From: an uncultured Clostridium sp.
GTDB taxonomy: Bacteria > Bacillota_I > Bacilli_A > RF39 > UBA660
Assembly: GCA_946402315.1 (NCBI GenBank)
Contig: CAMIWC010000006.1
Location: forward strand, 812 to 64,811
Direction of reading: 5' to 3'
DNA length: 64,000 nt
In this document: piece by piece, positions 10,348 through 20,098 of the stretch
Numbering within the stretch: position 1 is the first letter of the stretch
Layout: every line of letters starts with the position of its first letter
Notes under the pieces: model-generated
Database searches by the model: none
The model's input: only the letters and a program-made list of their open reading frames with translations
Told to the model about the DNA's origin: nothing
Position numbers and translations under genes: made by a program

Positions 10348-10938
10348 ATGAATAATATAGTAGGATTAATTACCTTAGGTTTCTTTATACTTGTTGTTGC
10401 GGTTGGAATAATTAAATCATTAAAAGATATTTTAAGAACAAGTTCTTTTATTAAAACTAAAGCTAAAATAATTGATAAAGTTAAACAATATACAGAAGAA
10501 TGGGGTAAATATTATCCTGATATGTGGGATAAATCTCAAAAGGTATATAGTACTCTTGATAAAGTTGAAGAAAAAATGGCTAAAGTAGAAGAACTTAGAA
10601 GTAAGGTACCTTTTAGTATTAGTAAAAATGGTATTTCTGTTCATTTAGGAGATAATAGTTCAAATGAGAAAGAAATTGATGATAATAGTGAAGCTGGAGA
10701 AGCACAGTATGTCTTTATTTGTGAATATGAAGTAGATGGTAAAACATATTACTATGAAAAATTTTGTGAAGCAAGAGATTCATTAAAGCGTAATCTAAAT
10801 AAAGAAATAGATATAAAATATGATTCTAAGAAACCAAGCTATGCTTTGGTGCCTAAACAAAGTCTACGTACTTTATTTATGTGCTTATTCTTTGAAATAT
10901 TTTTCATTGTATTGTTCATTGCAGTTCTATGGAGTTAG
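10348..10938 (+). CDS. DUF3592-like membrane protein
   Basis: Start reassigned to ATG 10348 (MNNIVGLITLGFF) with aggag 8 nt upstream. Architecture is an N-terminal TM segment, a beta-rich domain (YVFICEYEVDGKTYYY...IDIKYDSKKP) and a C-terminal TM segment. Confidence 0.55.
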   Translation: MNNIVGLITLGFFILVVAVGIIKSLKDILRTSSFIKTKAKIIDKVKQYTEEWGKYYPDMWDKSQKVYSTLDKVEEKMAKVEELRSKVPFSISKNGISVHLGDNSSNEKEIDDNSEAGEAQYVFICEYEVDGKTYYYEKFCEARDSLKRNLNKEIDIKYDSKKPSYALVPKQSLRTLFMCLFFEIFFIVLFIAVLWS

Positions 10939-10948
10939 GAGAATAGTT

Positions 10949-11386
10949 ATGAAGTCATCTAAAAGAAAAAAGAAAACTATAAAAGGATTAATCATTTTTC
11001 TATTTATTGATCTTTTACTATTTATTCTAAGTTTTAATGTAGCATATAGTTCTTGTAAAGAAATTCTTAATACTGAAAGAGTAAAGGGTAAAATATCTTT
11101 AATATCTTTTGGATCTTCTCCTACTGGAAGTGGTTGTTCTGCCTATGTTGAATATAATTACTTAGGTCATACTTATGAAGAAATATATGATAATAGTGTT
11201 GATTGTAAAGAAACTCCTGGTAAATCTGTTGCGGTTTATGTTGATAAAGATAATCCTACAACAATTATAGTTAAAAACTCTTGGTTACCATTCACAGCTT
11301 TAGCTATTGGTTCGGGATTATTATTTATTATGATAATTATACTTACAATTATGTCTGTTATTAAGAATAAAAAAGAAGAAAAATGA
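10949..11386 (+). CDS. DUF3592-like membrane protein (paralogue of the preceding gene)
   Basis: Start reassigned to ATG 10949 (MKSSKRKKK) after ggagttaggag. Same TM/beta-domain/TM layout (AYVEYNYLGHTYEE...VAVYVDKDNP). Confidence 0.55.
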   Translation: MKSSKRKKKTIKGLIIFLFIDLLLFILSFNVAYSSCKEILNTERVKGKISLISFGSSPTGSGCSAYVEYNYLGHTYEEIYDNSVDCKETPGKSVAVYVDKDNPTTIIVKNSWLPFTALAIGSGLLFIMIIILTIMSVIKNKKEEK

Positions 11387-11439
11387 GTTTATAAATAAAC
11401 TCATTTTTATTTTTGTGTGTTATAATATTTTCGAAGGTA

Positions 11440-13413
11440 ATGAAGATGAAGAAATTTTTAAATAAACAAAATTTAGGTAGTACAGTAATAAGATTTGGAA
11501 CATTCTTAGTAAGTATATTATTTTTAGAAATAGTATTTATGTTTTTTATGTTTCATAGATTTGATATAGATAATTTTACTAATATATTTTTATATAGTAT
11601 TTTATTATCTTTTATATTGTCTGTTTTATCAGGAATATTTAAAACTAGAGGTAATATTATATTTACTAGTATTGTCTTATTAGCGTTTGGAATATTATAT
11701 AGTACACAGTTAGTATTTTATAATATTTTTAAAGTATTCTTTTCTTTTCAAGTATTAGGACTTGGAGATCAACTAGAAAGTTTTGCTGCTCAAGCATTTA
11801 AGAGTATATTTGCAAATACTTTGTACATATTAGTATTATTATTACCATTTATTATATATGTATTAGTACATTTTATTTTTAGAAAGAAAATAGTATATAA
11901 AAGAGTTAAAGTATTTGGTTACTTATGTTATGTATTATTATTTGTTTTAGTACTATTTGCATTTATTTTTAGAATTAATAAAACTAAAGGTACAGATGAT
12001 GGATTATATTATATTTATAATGATATTAATTCAATAAATCTTAATATAGAAAAGATAGGAGTGCTTAATAGTTATACTCTTGATGTTTATAGAATAATAT
12101 TTGGCTTTGAAGAAAAGATTGTTTATGTAGAAGAACCTGTTGAAGAAGTGGAAGAAGAAGTAGAGATAGTATATGATCCTAATACTATAGATACTATTAA
12201 TTTTGATAAGAGTACTAATAATAGTGATATTCAAAAGATTAATAATTATATGAAAAATAATAATGGTACTTTAAAGAATGAATATACAGGAAAGTTTGAA
12301 GGATACAACTTAATCTATATAACTGCAGAAAGCTTTAGTGAAATAGGTATATCTGAAGAATTAACTCCTACTTTATACAAGTTAACTCATACAGGATTTA
12401 TTTTTGATAATTATTATACTCCAAACGTATTATCTACTATTGGTGGAGAATTCCAAAGTTTAACAGGATTATATCCAGATGGAAGTATTCTAAAGAAATG
12501 GAGAAGTGGTACTAATTACTTCCCATATGGATTAGCAACTATGTTTAGAAGTTTAGGATATAATACCTATGCTTATCATAATAATTATTATGGATTCCAA
12601 GATCGTCATAAATATATTAAGACTCAAGGATTTACTAATTACTTAGGCTGTGGAAATGGTCTTCAAAAGAAAATGAATTGTAAGATTTGGCCTGAGAGTG
12701 ATGATGAAATGATGAAAGTAACTATTCCTGATTATATTAATAGTGATAAACCATTTATGGCTTATTATATGACAGTATCAGGACACTTTGGTTATGAGTT
12801 TAGTGGTAATATGATGGCTTCTAGAAATAAGAAATATGTTAAAAACTTAAATCTTAGTGAATCAGCTAAAGGATATGTAGCAACTCAAATAGAACTTGAT
12901 AAAGCCTTAAAGAGATTGCTAGATGAACTAGAAAAAGCTGGTAAATTAGATAATACAGTTATTGTACTTTTAGCCGATCATTATCCATATGCATTAGACA
13001 TGAAAGACGTTAATAGCTTATCTTCATATACTAGAGATAGTGTGGTTGAAGTTAATCATAATGCTTTAATTATTTGGAATAGTCAAATAGAAGATACTCA
13101 TATAGATAAAGTATGTATGTCATCTGATGTACTTCCTACAGTTTATAATTTATTTGGTGTTAATTATGACTCAAGATTATTTACTGGAAGAGATATTATG
13201 TCTACTAGTGAAGGTTTAGCTATCTTTAATAATCATAGTTGGGTTACTAATAAAGGTACTTATTTTGCTAGTAGTAAAAAGTTTGTAGCTAAAGAAGAAG
13301 TAGAGAATCAAGAAGAATATATTAAGAATACTAATGCTATTGTTAATAATAGATTAAATATTAGTAAGTTAATTGTTAAGAATGATTATTATAGATATCT
13401 ATTTAATAAATAG
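11440..13413 (+). CDS. LTA synthase family protein (polytopic N-domain plus extracellular sulfatase-like domain)
   Basis: About 5 N-terminal TM segments are followed by a sulfatase-fold region (LIYITAESFSE, TVSGHFGY, LLADHYPY). Start taken at ATG 11440 (MKMKKFLNK). Confidence 0.7.
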   Translation: MKMKKFLNKQNLGSTVIRFGTFLVSILFLEIVFMFFMFHRFDIDNFTNIFLYSILLSFILSVLSGIFKTRGNIIFTSIVLLAFGILYSTQLVFYNIFKVFFSFQVLGLGDQLESFAAQAFKSIFANTLYILVLLLPFIIYVLVHFIFRKKIVYKRVKVFGYLCYVLLFVLVLFAFIFRINKTKGTDDGLYYIYNDINSINLNIEKIGVLNSYTLDVYRIIFGFEEKIVYVEEPVEEVEEEVEIVYDPNTIDTINFDKSTNNSDIQKINNYMKNNNGTLKNEYTGKFEGYNLIYITAESFSEIGISEELTPTLYKLTHTGFIFDNYYTPNVLSTIGGEFQSLTGLYPDGSILKKWRSGTNYFPYGLATMFRSLGYNTYAYHNNYYGFQDRHKYIKTQGFTNYLGCGNGLQKKMNCKIWPESDDEMMKVTIPDYINSDKPFMAYYMTVSGHFGYEFSGNMMASRNKKYVKNLNLSESAKGYVATQIELDKALKRLLDELEKAGKLDNTVIVLLADHYPYALDMKDVNSLSSYTRDSVVEVNHNALIIWNSQIEDTHIDKVCMSSDVLPTVYNLFGVNYDSRLFTGRDIMSTSEGLAIFNNHSWVTNKGTYFASSKKFVAKEEVENQEEYIKNTNAIVNNRLNISKLIVKNDYYRYLFNK

Positions 13414-13425
13414 GAATGGTGAGAT

Positions 13426-13692
13426 ATGAGAAAATTTATATTAATTGTACTTATTCTTGCTACTATTGGTTCTATTGGTTATATGGGATACAGTATTAAT
13501 GAATACAATAATAGTAAGGAAGAGAGTAAAGCTAAAGAATTAGATAATAAGAAAGAAGAATTAAAAACTAAAGAAGAAGAAATTAAAACAAAGTCTGAAG
13601 AAATTGAAAAAACTAAAGAAGAAAATGCTTCTAAATTAAAGGAATTAGAATTATGGGAAAAAGAACTAAAAAAAGTAAAAGGTTCTGTATAA
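13426..13692 (+). CDS. Small membrane-anchored coiled-coil protein
   Basis: N-terminal TM segment (FILIVLILATIGSIGYMGY) followed by a K/E-rich heptad region. Confidence 0.45.
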   Translation: MRKFILIVLILATIGSIGYMGYSINEYNNSKEESKAKELDNKKEELKTKEEEIKTKSEEIEKTKEENASKLKELELWEKELKKVKGSV

Positions 13693-14591
13693 TCTATATA
13701 TTTCTTCTTCTAATAATAGGTTCTTGTATTGGTATAGGTTATTCTTATTCAGAAAAGACTGTTGCTAATAATAGAACTAATACTAAGTTATCTAATGAAA
13801 TAATTATTATAAATGATGAAATAAAGAAAAAAGATGCTGAATTATCTCTTCTAGATAAAGATTTATCTTATTATCAAAATATAGATCAAACTATTAATGA
13901 TACTAAGAGTAATTACTTTAAAGAATTAAAACAATTAGAAGATGATATTCTTGCTGGTAAGAGTAAAAGAAAGATTGCTTATCTAACTTTTGATGATGGA
14001 CCATATTACAATACTTACAAAGTGTTAAATATATTGGATAAGTACAATGTAAAAGCAACATTCTTTACTACTAATATTAATGGTGAATACTGTTATGATA
14101 AGAAGAGTGAGAATTGCTGGGCAATCTATAAAGAATATGTTAAAAGAGGACATACTATTGCTAATCATACTTATACACATGCTATCTTTAAAGGATTATA
14201 TAAGAGCTCTAATTCATTTATAGAGGCTGTTACTAAACAAGAAGAACATGTTAAAAAGATGACTGATGGATATGTTACAAATATAGTCCGCTTTCCTGGG
14301 GGTAGTAGTACTGCTGGTAAATTAAAGAGTTCTATTATTTCTGAGCTACGTAAAAGGAATTATGGATGGGTAGATTGGAGTGCTCAAGATGGTGATGGTG
14401 GAGCATTAAGTTCTGCTGATCAAGCTAGAAGTATTTTTAAGAGTAGTATTAATAGTAATATAGAAGTTGTTTTATTCCATGATTATAATGGATATACTAC
14501 CTCATTATTACCAGAATTTATAGAATATTTAGAAAAGAATGGTTATGAGATGTATCCGCTATTTTATGAAAGCAATATGATTAATAAATAA
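13653..14591 (+). CDS. Polysaccharide deacetylase (NodB/CE4 family), membrane anchored
   Basis: Signal anchor, then NodB motifs YLTFDDGP and NHTYTH, plus RFPGG. Confidence 0.8.
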   Translation: MGKRTKKSKRFCIIYIFLLLIIGSCIGIGYSYSEKTVANNRTNTKLSNEIIIINDEIKKKDAELSLLDKDLSYYQNIDQTINDTKSNYFKELKQLEDDILAGKSKRKIAYLTFDDGPYYNTYKVLNILDKYNVKATFFTTNINGEYCYDKKSENCWAIYKEYVKRGHTIANHTYTHAIFKGLYKSSNSFIEAVTKQEEHVKKMTDGYVTNIVRFPGGSSTAGKLKSSIISELRKRNYGWVDWSAQDGDGGALSSADQARSIFKSSINSNIEVVLFHDYNGYTTSLLPEFIEYLEKNGYEMYPLFYESNMINK

Positions 14592-14657
14592 TGATATTTT
14601 AATTGAAAAATATCATTTTTTTTTATATACTTATTACATAGAGTAAAGGAAGGTATT

Positions 14658-17081
14658 ATGAATAAGAATAAAATAATTACAAGTAGTATCTTAGGTATTA
14701 GTGCATTGAGTTTAATGCTATTCCCCGTAGGAAGAGTTAATGCCTTAGAATACATTAAAAAGTCAAATTTGATATGTACAGAAACAACAGAACATAAAAA
14801 CTGGCGATTATTATCTCCAAGTGAACGTAAAAAATATATGGAACCAACTAAATGTGAAGAAACTTTTGAAAGTTACGGAACAAAACAAATAATAAATACT
14901 AAACAAGGTAATACTAAAGGGTTAAATTCTAGTTATGCTAGCCAAGCTACTTTCGATTTAAGAAATGTAAATGGTACTAGTTATTTAACTCCTATTAGAT
15001 ATCAAGAGTTTGTTTTAAATGGTAATGTTATAGATAGTTCTTTATGTTGGGCTTTCGCAACAACTGCTGCTATTGAATCAAATATTTTAATAAATGGTGG
15101 TAGTGCAGTAGACCTATCAGAAAGACATATTGGATTTAGTGCTAATGGTCTATTATCTGATGGAACTACAAATCCATATGGAAGTATTTATCATACAACT
15201 AATGCTTATGGAGAAGATGATGGTGGTAATAACTATTTAAGTAATTTATACTTAGCTAATCAAAGAGGACCAGTTCTAGAAAGCAAACTTCCTCTTACTA
15301 CAATTTCTTCTACTTATAATAATACTGTAGGATTAAAACAAGACTACAGAGTAAAGAATACTATTATGTATGGTGGAGATTCTTGTCAAAGTGGAAATAC
15401 TATTAATAATATTAAACAATTAATTGTTGCCTATGGTGCAGTAAGTACTAGTATGTATGCTGGATCTGATGACTTAACAGAGGATCAATTAGGATCTTTA
15501 TATAAAGTAGAAGATGGTGGTGTTGTTAACTGGTATTATAATGGTGATACATTTGGAAATAGTAAACCATATGGTGGTAACCATGCTATAGCTATTGTAG
15601 GATGGGATGATAATTATTCAAAAGATAATTTCACAACTACTCCTCCAGGAGATGGAGCATGGATTATTAGAAATACTTATGATATGTTTAAAACAGGAAG
15701 TAATGCTTCTGATGTAGGATATCACTACATGAGTTATTATGATTATAAAGTTTGTCACAATGTAAGAGCAGTTAACTCTGTAGATCAAAACGTTCCTGAT
15801 TATTCTTATATATCTGCTAAGAAAGGATTTGCTGAAGGTTATGTCGCTGGTCCTTCAAATACTGTTTATTATGAGAATGTATTTGATAAAGCATCAACAA
15901 ACTCTGAAGAATTACATAGTGTAACTCTATATGGAAATCCTGGAGATAATTTTGAAGTATATTATTCTGAAACTGAAAACTTTGCTAATGCAACAAAGAT
16001 TGCTCAAGGAGTATTTACTGCTTCTGGATATAAAACAGTAGATGTTACAAATCAAATAAAAATTAATACAAATAAATTCTATATTTATACTAAGTATGTT
16101 TCTACATATGATTATGAAGATGGTGGAAGTACTTATTATGCATTCCCAGTATATACTAATACTGATCTTGAAGGTACAGCTTTCTATGAAGAAATGCCAA
16201 GCGTAAATAATGATCCATTAACTCATAAGTATTCGTTCAACGCAAATGGTTCATATATGTCAACTTTATCTGTTGAGGGACTTCCTTTCTATCAAATAGT
16301 AAATGTATTTACTAGTAAAATAAATTATTTAGTTAATGCTGATGAACCTGAACAAACTACTGAAACAATGGATACAAATGGTGGGACAGTATTTGTAAAA
16401 GTTACAGTTAATAATTTATCTTTAGATGATGTTAACGTTTCTATTAAGAATTCAAGTAATGTAGATTCTACTAATAAATTTACTATTACTAAAAAATCTA
16501 ACGGATTCGATATTTCAGTAATTCCTGATGAAACTCCTGCTGGAGTATATACAGTAACATTCACTTATCAAGATGTATCTTCTAGTAGACAATTTGAAGT
16601 AGTACAAGGTGCTAATGGAGAAGTTACTCCAGTATTAGTTACTGGAATAACAGTAACAGGTGCAGATGATGAAGTATCAGTTAATGGTACATTACAATTA
16701 GGAGTTACAGTTACTCCAAGTAATGCTGCTAATAAAGCTGTAACATGGTCTTCATCAGATACTACTAAAGCTACAGTAGATGAAACTGGTAAAGTAACTG
16801 GTCTTAAAGCTGGAGAAGTAGTAATAACTGCTACTGCTAAAGATGGATCTAATGTTAAAGGACAAAAGACAATCACAGTAAGAGACCTTAACCAAGAAGA
16901 AGGTGGAGATCCAACTACACCAAGTAATCCTGATGAACCAACTAATCCAACAACTCCAACTACAGATAACCCTAAAACAGGAGTATCAACTCCATTAATA
17001 GCATCTATAGTTGTAGTTATCTCAGCAATAGTTGCTTATATAGTTAATAAGGAACGTGATTTCTTAAAACACTTTAATTAA
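14658..17081 (+). CDS. Cell-wall-anchored papain-family (C1) cysteine peptidase with a Big_2 domain and an NPKTG sorting signal
   Basis: Signal peptide; catalytic Cys context SSLCWAFATTAAIES; His in GGNHAIAIVGWDD; WIIRNTY. The Ig-like Big_2 segment reads ITVTGADDEVSVNGTLQLGVTVTPSNAANKAVTWSSSDTTKATVDETGKVTGLKAGEVVITA. A Pro/Thr linker is followed by NPKTG (nt 16968-16982), a TM segment and a basic tail. Confidence 0.85.
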   Translation: MNKNKIITSSILGISALSLMLFPVGRVNALEYIKKSNLICTETTEHKNWRLLSPSERKKYMEPTKCEETFESYGTKQIINTKQGNTKGLNSSYASQATFDLRNVNGTSYLTPIRYQEFVLNGNVIDSSLCWAFATTAAIESNILINGGSAVDLSERHIGFSANGLLSDGTTNPYGSIYHTTNAYGEDDGGNNYLSNLYLANQRGPVLESKLPLTTISSTYNNTVGLKQDYRVKNTIMYGGDSCQSGNTINNIKQLIVAYGAVSTSMYAGSDDLTEDQLGSLYKVEDGGVVNWYYNGDTFGNSKPYGGNHAIAIVGWDDNYSKDNFTTTPPGDGAWIIRNTYDMFKTGSNASDVGYHYMSYYDYKVCHNVRAVNSVDQNVPDYSYISAKKGFAEGYVAGPSNTVYYENVFDKASTNSEELHSVTLYGNPGDNFEVYYSETENFANATKIAQGVFTASGYKTVDVTNQIKINTNKFYIYTKYVSTYDYEDGGSTYYAFPVYTNTDLEGTAFYEEMPSVNNDPLTHKYSFNANGSYMSTLSVEGLPFYQIVNVFTSKINYLVNADEPEQTTETMDTNGGTVFVKVTVNNLSLDDVNVSIKNSSNVDSTNKFTITKKSNGFDISVIPDETPAGVYTVTFTYQDVSSSRQFEVVQGANGEVTPVLVTGITVTGADDEVSVNGTLQLGVTVTPSNAANKAVTWSSSDTTKATVDETGKVTGLKAGEVVITATAKDGSNVKGQKTITVRDLNQEEGGDPTTPSNPDEPTNPTTPTTDNPKTGVSTPLIASIVVVISAIVAYIVNKERDFLKHFN

Positions 17082-17139
17082 TTAATAAAACTCTTCTTAG
17101 GAAGAGTTTTTAATATGTTATAATAATATTGGTGATAAT

Positions 17140-17571
17140 ATGAAAAAGATATTAATGATAATAGTAGTTCTATTATTAGTTGGATGTGGTTCTAAGAAAG
17201 AAGGATTAGATGAATCTAATCTAAGAGATGTAGAATATAAAAAGATTACTTATAGAGAAATAGTAGATAATAAACCTACATATGCTTGTATTACTTTTTA
17301 TAAAGATAATACATATTCTATGTATGATTGTGATAGTGAACCTACTGAATATTTCTTTGATAGTGAAAATGAATGCACTATGAAATATGATGGAACTTAT
17401 ATGAAGTTTGATTGTAAGTATAGTTCTGATATGGATACTATAAAGATCTTATCTTGGGATAAATATACATTTAGATTTCAATACGGAGATGAAGAAAAGA
17501 TATTTAAATCAATTGCTTGGATAGAAGAAAATTATAAAGAAGAAGAGGAACCTGTATTAATGGATGAATAA
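17140..17571 (+). CDS. Lipoprotein, function unknown
   Basis: Lipobox LLLVGC-GS after a basic/hydrophobic N-terminus. Confidence 0.65.
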   Translation: MKKILMIIVVLLLVGCGSKKEGLDESNLRDVEYKKITYREIVDNKPTYACITFYKDNTYSMYDCDSEPTEYFFDSENECTMKYDGTYMKFDCKYSSDMDTIKILSWDKYTFRFQYGDEEKIFKSIAWIEENYKEEEEPVLMDE

Positions 17572-17595
17572 AAAAAGCACTTTAAGTGCTTTTTA
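17571..17595. terminator. Bidirectional intrinsic terminator
   Basis: A-run, stem agcact/agtgct, T-run, between convergent genes. Confidence 0.6.
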
Positions 17596-18459
17596 ATTTA
17601 TACTTTTTCTTCCTGCTTGAGGTATAGCAAATTGTCTACCATTGTTTTCTAAGTATCCTGATATATCTCTTCCATTCATAGCATCCATAAGTAAATTACT
17701 TCTACCTACACCTTCATGCCTTGGAAGACTAAATCCTTCGTACATATCATAGAAGATAGATTCAGCAGATTTAGCTGCATGCTCTATAACTTCTTTTTGT
17801 CTTTCTTCATCCATATATGGTTCACCAAAGAACTTTTTAGCCATTTCTGCTTCTTGAGACATTCTAATCATAGTGTCATAATCAGGACTACCATCAGGAT
17901 TAATTCCACCAGTACCTATTCTTAAAGTTGGTTTTCCAGTTTTTGGATTAGGAATTATTTGAGCATATGAAGCAAACCAAACTTTTTCATTATGGAAAGT
18001 TGCTCCAAAAATTGTTACAGCATCTTCTGGATAATATCCAGTCATTTGTTGAGATACATCCATAGTAGCATTTTTTGGCATTTGAACTGATACATATATA
18101 CCTTCAAATCCAGGATCTTTTATATATTCAGTAAATAGTCCTACCATATTTCTTTGAAGCATACTTTTAGCTCCAGGATATCTTAAAGCAACTCCGTTAT
18201 GAGCAGTTTTCTTGTTTAAGTCATGTAACAATACTTGGCTTTCTACTAGATAGAATGGTTTATCTTCTCCTGGTCTAAATACAGCATAACCATATTTGTT
18301 TTCACTAGTTATAGTAACTACTATTTTTTCTCCTCCATCATTAATAAATGGTTCCCCAACCGGTTCCCCATCCAATATTCTTTTTTCCATTGCTTCTGCA
18401 GCTGCTTTTGATGCTTCTAATATTTCTTTGTTTCTATCGTATTCTTCATTAAATGCCAT
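17593..18459 (-). CDS. Cytoplasmic protein of unknown function, translationally coupled to the upstream HExxH protein
   Basis: 288 aa with no signal peptide or TM segment. It overlaps the upstream gene by 11 nt. I recognise no family motif. Confidence 0.5.
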   Translation of the reverse strand: MAFNEEYDRNKEILEASKAAAEAMEKRILDGEPVGEPFINDGGEKIVVTITSENKYGYAVFRPGEDKPFYLVESQVLLHDLNKKTAHNGVALRYPGAKSMLQRNMVGLFTEYIKDPGFEGIYVSVQMPKNATMDVSQQMTGYYPEDAVTIFGATFHNEKVWFASYAQIIPNPKTGKPTLRIGTGGINPDGSPDYDTMIRMSQEAEMAKKFFGEPYMDEERQKEVIEHAAKSAESIFYDMYEGFSLPRHEGVGRSNLLMDAMNGRDISGYLENNGRQFAIPQAGRKSIN

Positions 18460-19315
18460 TTTTCATTCCTCCTTCACTATTATTTTTTCCTCTAAAACCT
18501 ATTTCTTCTATACTACCAATATTTCTTGGTAATTGAGAAATAAATTCTTTAGCTTTTTCATTTGTAATTACTAAACTATCAAAATTATCATCTTGTTTTC
18601 CAGATCTTTTATGTAGTTCGGTTAATTCTTCTTGAATCTTGTCTCCTAAGAAGAAGCCTCCATCTTTGAGTTTACCTTCACATACTAGTTCAAAATAGTA
18701 TATTTCTTGTACTAATTTTTGTGCGATACGTTCTCCATATATAGAATCAATATGTCTCATTAATCCTTGTATATTATTAGTAGAATAATACTCATATAAT
18801 TTATCTTTACCAATGATACATCCTAATTGCTTAGCAAAATTCTTAAGAAATGGATAAGCATCACTTTCTTCTTCTAATACTTCATCAGTAATCATTTGAG
18901 TAATACCCTCATTTAAATATACAAGGAACGAATCCGTTGTTCCTTCTTCTGTAGTTTGACGAATATTTATACCTTGAAGTGTAGTTCTATCATCTACTTT
19001 TTTAGTAGTTGCAGCATGTATTATTTCATGTAGAGTAGAATTAATTAATCTTCTTGGTGAAAAATCTTCATTAAAAATATCTTCTCCATTAGCGTCTTTA
19101 TTAGTAAATATACCAATTCTATTTTCTTTTTCTTGATATATACCAGCAAATCCAGTTCTCATAAATTGTTCAAGACTCATATCTTCTACTTTTAAAGTAG
19201 AGATATTTTCTTCGTTAATATGAAAATTAGGAAGTTTTTTTCTCAATAAATCTACTAATGCAAGATATCCTTTATCAGTACCTAATTCTTGATTAATAAT
19301 ATCATTTATTGACAT
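18449..19315 (-). CDS. Putative cytoplasmic zinc metallopeptidase (gluzincin-like HExxH...NEG)
   Basis: HEIIH motif (STLHEIIHAAT) with a downstream YLNEGITQMITDE as a candidate third ligand. No signal peptide. Confidence 0.5.
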   Translation of the reverse strand: MSINDIINQELGTDKGYLALVDLLRKKLPNFHINEENISTLKVEDMSLEQFMRTGFAGIYQEKENRIGIFTNKDANGEDIFNEDFSPRRLINSTLHEIIHAATTKKVDDRTTLQGINIRQTTEEGTTDSFLVYLNEGITQMITDEVLEEESDAYPFLKNFAKQLGCIIGKDKLYEYYSTNNIQGLMRHIDSIYGERIAQKLVQEIYYFELVCEGKLKDGGFFLGDKIQEELTELHKRSGKQDDNFDSLVITNEKAKEFISQLPRNIGSIEEIGFRGKNNSEGGMKNGI

Positions 19316-19391
19316 ATAATCACCTAATTTTATTATATAGTGAATATTCTTAATAATCTATATTAATTAAGGTATTTGACACTATAAGTAT

Positions 19392-19419
19392 TTGACAAAT
19401 ATATAAAATGAAATATAAT
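19392..19419 (+). promoter_or_regulatory. Sigma-A-type promoter for the 19446 gene
   Basis: TTGACA (19392-19397), 16-nt spacer, TATAAT (19414-19419). The -35 element lies in the second copy of a direct repeat gtatttgaca (19372-19381 and 19388-19397). Confidence 0.55.
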
Positions 19420-19445
19420 AATATCACTGAGAGGAAGATACTTTT

Positions 19446-20024
19446 ATGATAAAAAAATATAGAAATCTAGATATATTTGAACAAAATATTGCGGCTTTAT
19501 ATGATTTGGATCCTGAAAAAGATAGTGATAGAATTAAAGAATTAACAGAACAAGCAGTAGTAGACTATTTTTTAACAGATATTCATTATTTAGTTATTAG
19601 AAGATTGTTTGCTGGAAATAAATCTATGTCTGATTCTGAACTAAGTAGAATTGTCAAAAAAACTTCTATTTCTGTTAGTGAAATAATTAAAGGTTTATTA
19701 ACTGAAGAAGAAATGAAAAGCGTACAAGATGATATTAGTCATTTAGAAAAATATAATGAATTATATTCTACTCCTAAAAAAGGATATATTGCTTCAGCAG
19801 TAGAGAAAGCTTGTAATGGAGATTCAACAGGATTAATGCAAACAGCGAGTGAGGTTTCAGTTAGAAGATATTTAGCATTAAAAGCACTAGGTATTACAGA
19901 ACATATCAGGGTTACTAATCGTACTTTAGATGATGATTTAAGAGCTCTACATGATACGAGATTACATTCTACTGATCGTGCTAAACAAATGATAGACGAA
20001 TATAGAAGAACTCATCAAGGTTAG
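19446..20024 (+). CDS. Small helical protein with HTH-like segments (putative regulator)
   Basis: gagaggaag RBS. The segment SDSELSRIVKKTSISVSEIIKGL looks like a helix-turn-helix. The gene is divergent from the HExxH operon and is followed by the hairpin agattacac/gtgtaatct. Confidence 0.4.
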   Translation: MIKKYRNLDIFEQNIAALYDLDPEKDSDRIKELTEQAVVDYFLTDIHYLVIRRLFAGNKSMSDSELSRIVKKTSISVSEIIKGLLTEEEMKSVQDDISHLEKYNELYSTPKKGYIASAVEKACNGDSTGLMQTASEVSVRRYLALKALGITEHIRVTNRTLDDDLRALHDTRLHSTDRAKQMIDEYRRTHQG

Positions 20025-20098
20025 ATTACACAATGTGTAATCTTTTATTTTGCTTAGAAATAGTTAGTGTTATAATTTAAATAGAGTAGGTGATATAA

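Noticed and set aside
13426-14591. 13426..13692 and 13653..14591 being one gene split by a frameshift
   Set aside because: The second ORF has its own basic N-terminus plus TM anchor and an aaggaa SD. The first is a complete TM-plus-coiled-coil protein. The 40-nt overlap is compatible with two genes.
17935-17949. Internal NPKTG pentapeptide in the 17593..18459 protein as a sortase signal
   Set aside because: The motif is in the middle of a protein with no signal peptide. It is not followed by a hydrophobic segment and basic tail, so it is a chance match.
10432-18532. Antisense or overlapping ORFs 10432..10644, 12031..12234, 14564..14755, 16325..16564, 16568..16876, 17716..17925 and 18296..18532
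   Set aside because: Each is fully embedded opposite or out of frame to a longer ORF with clear family motifs or signal sequences. Their compositions (I/F/L/N-rich or T/V/S-rich mirror of the sense strand) are typical of shadow ORFs in AT-rich DNA.
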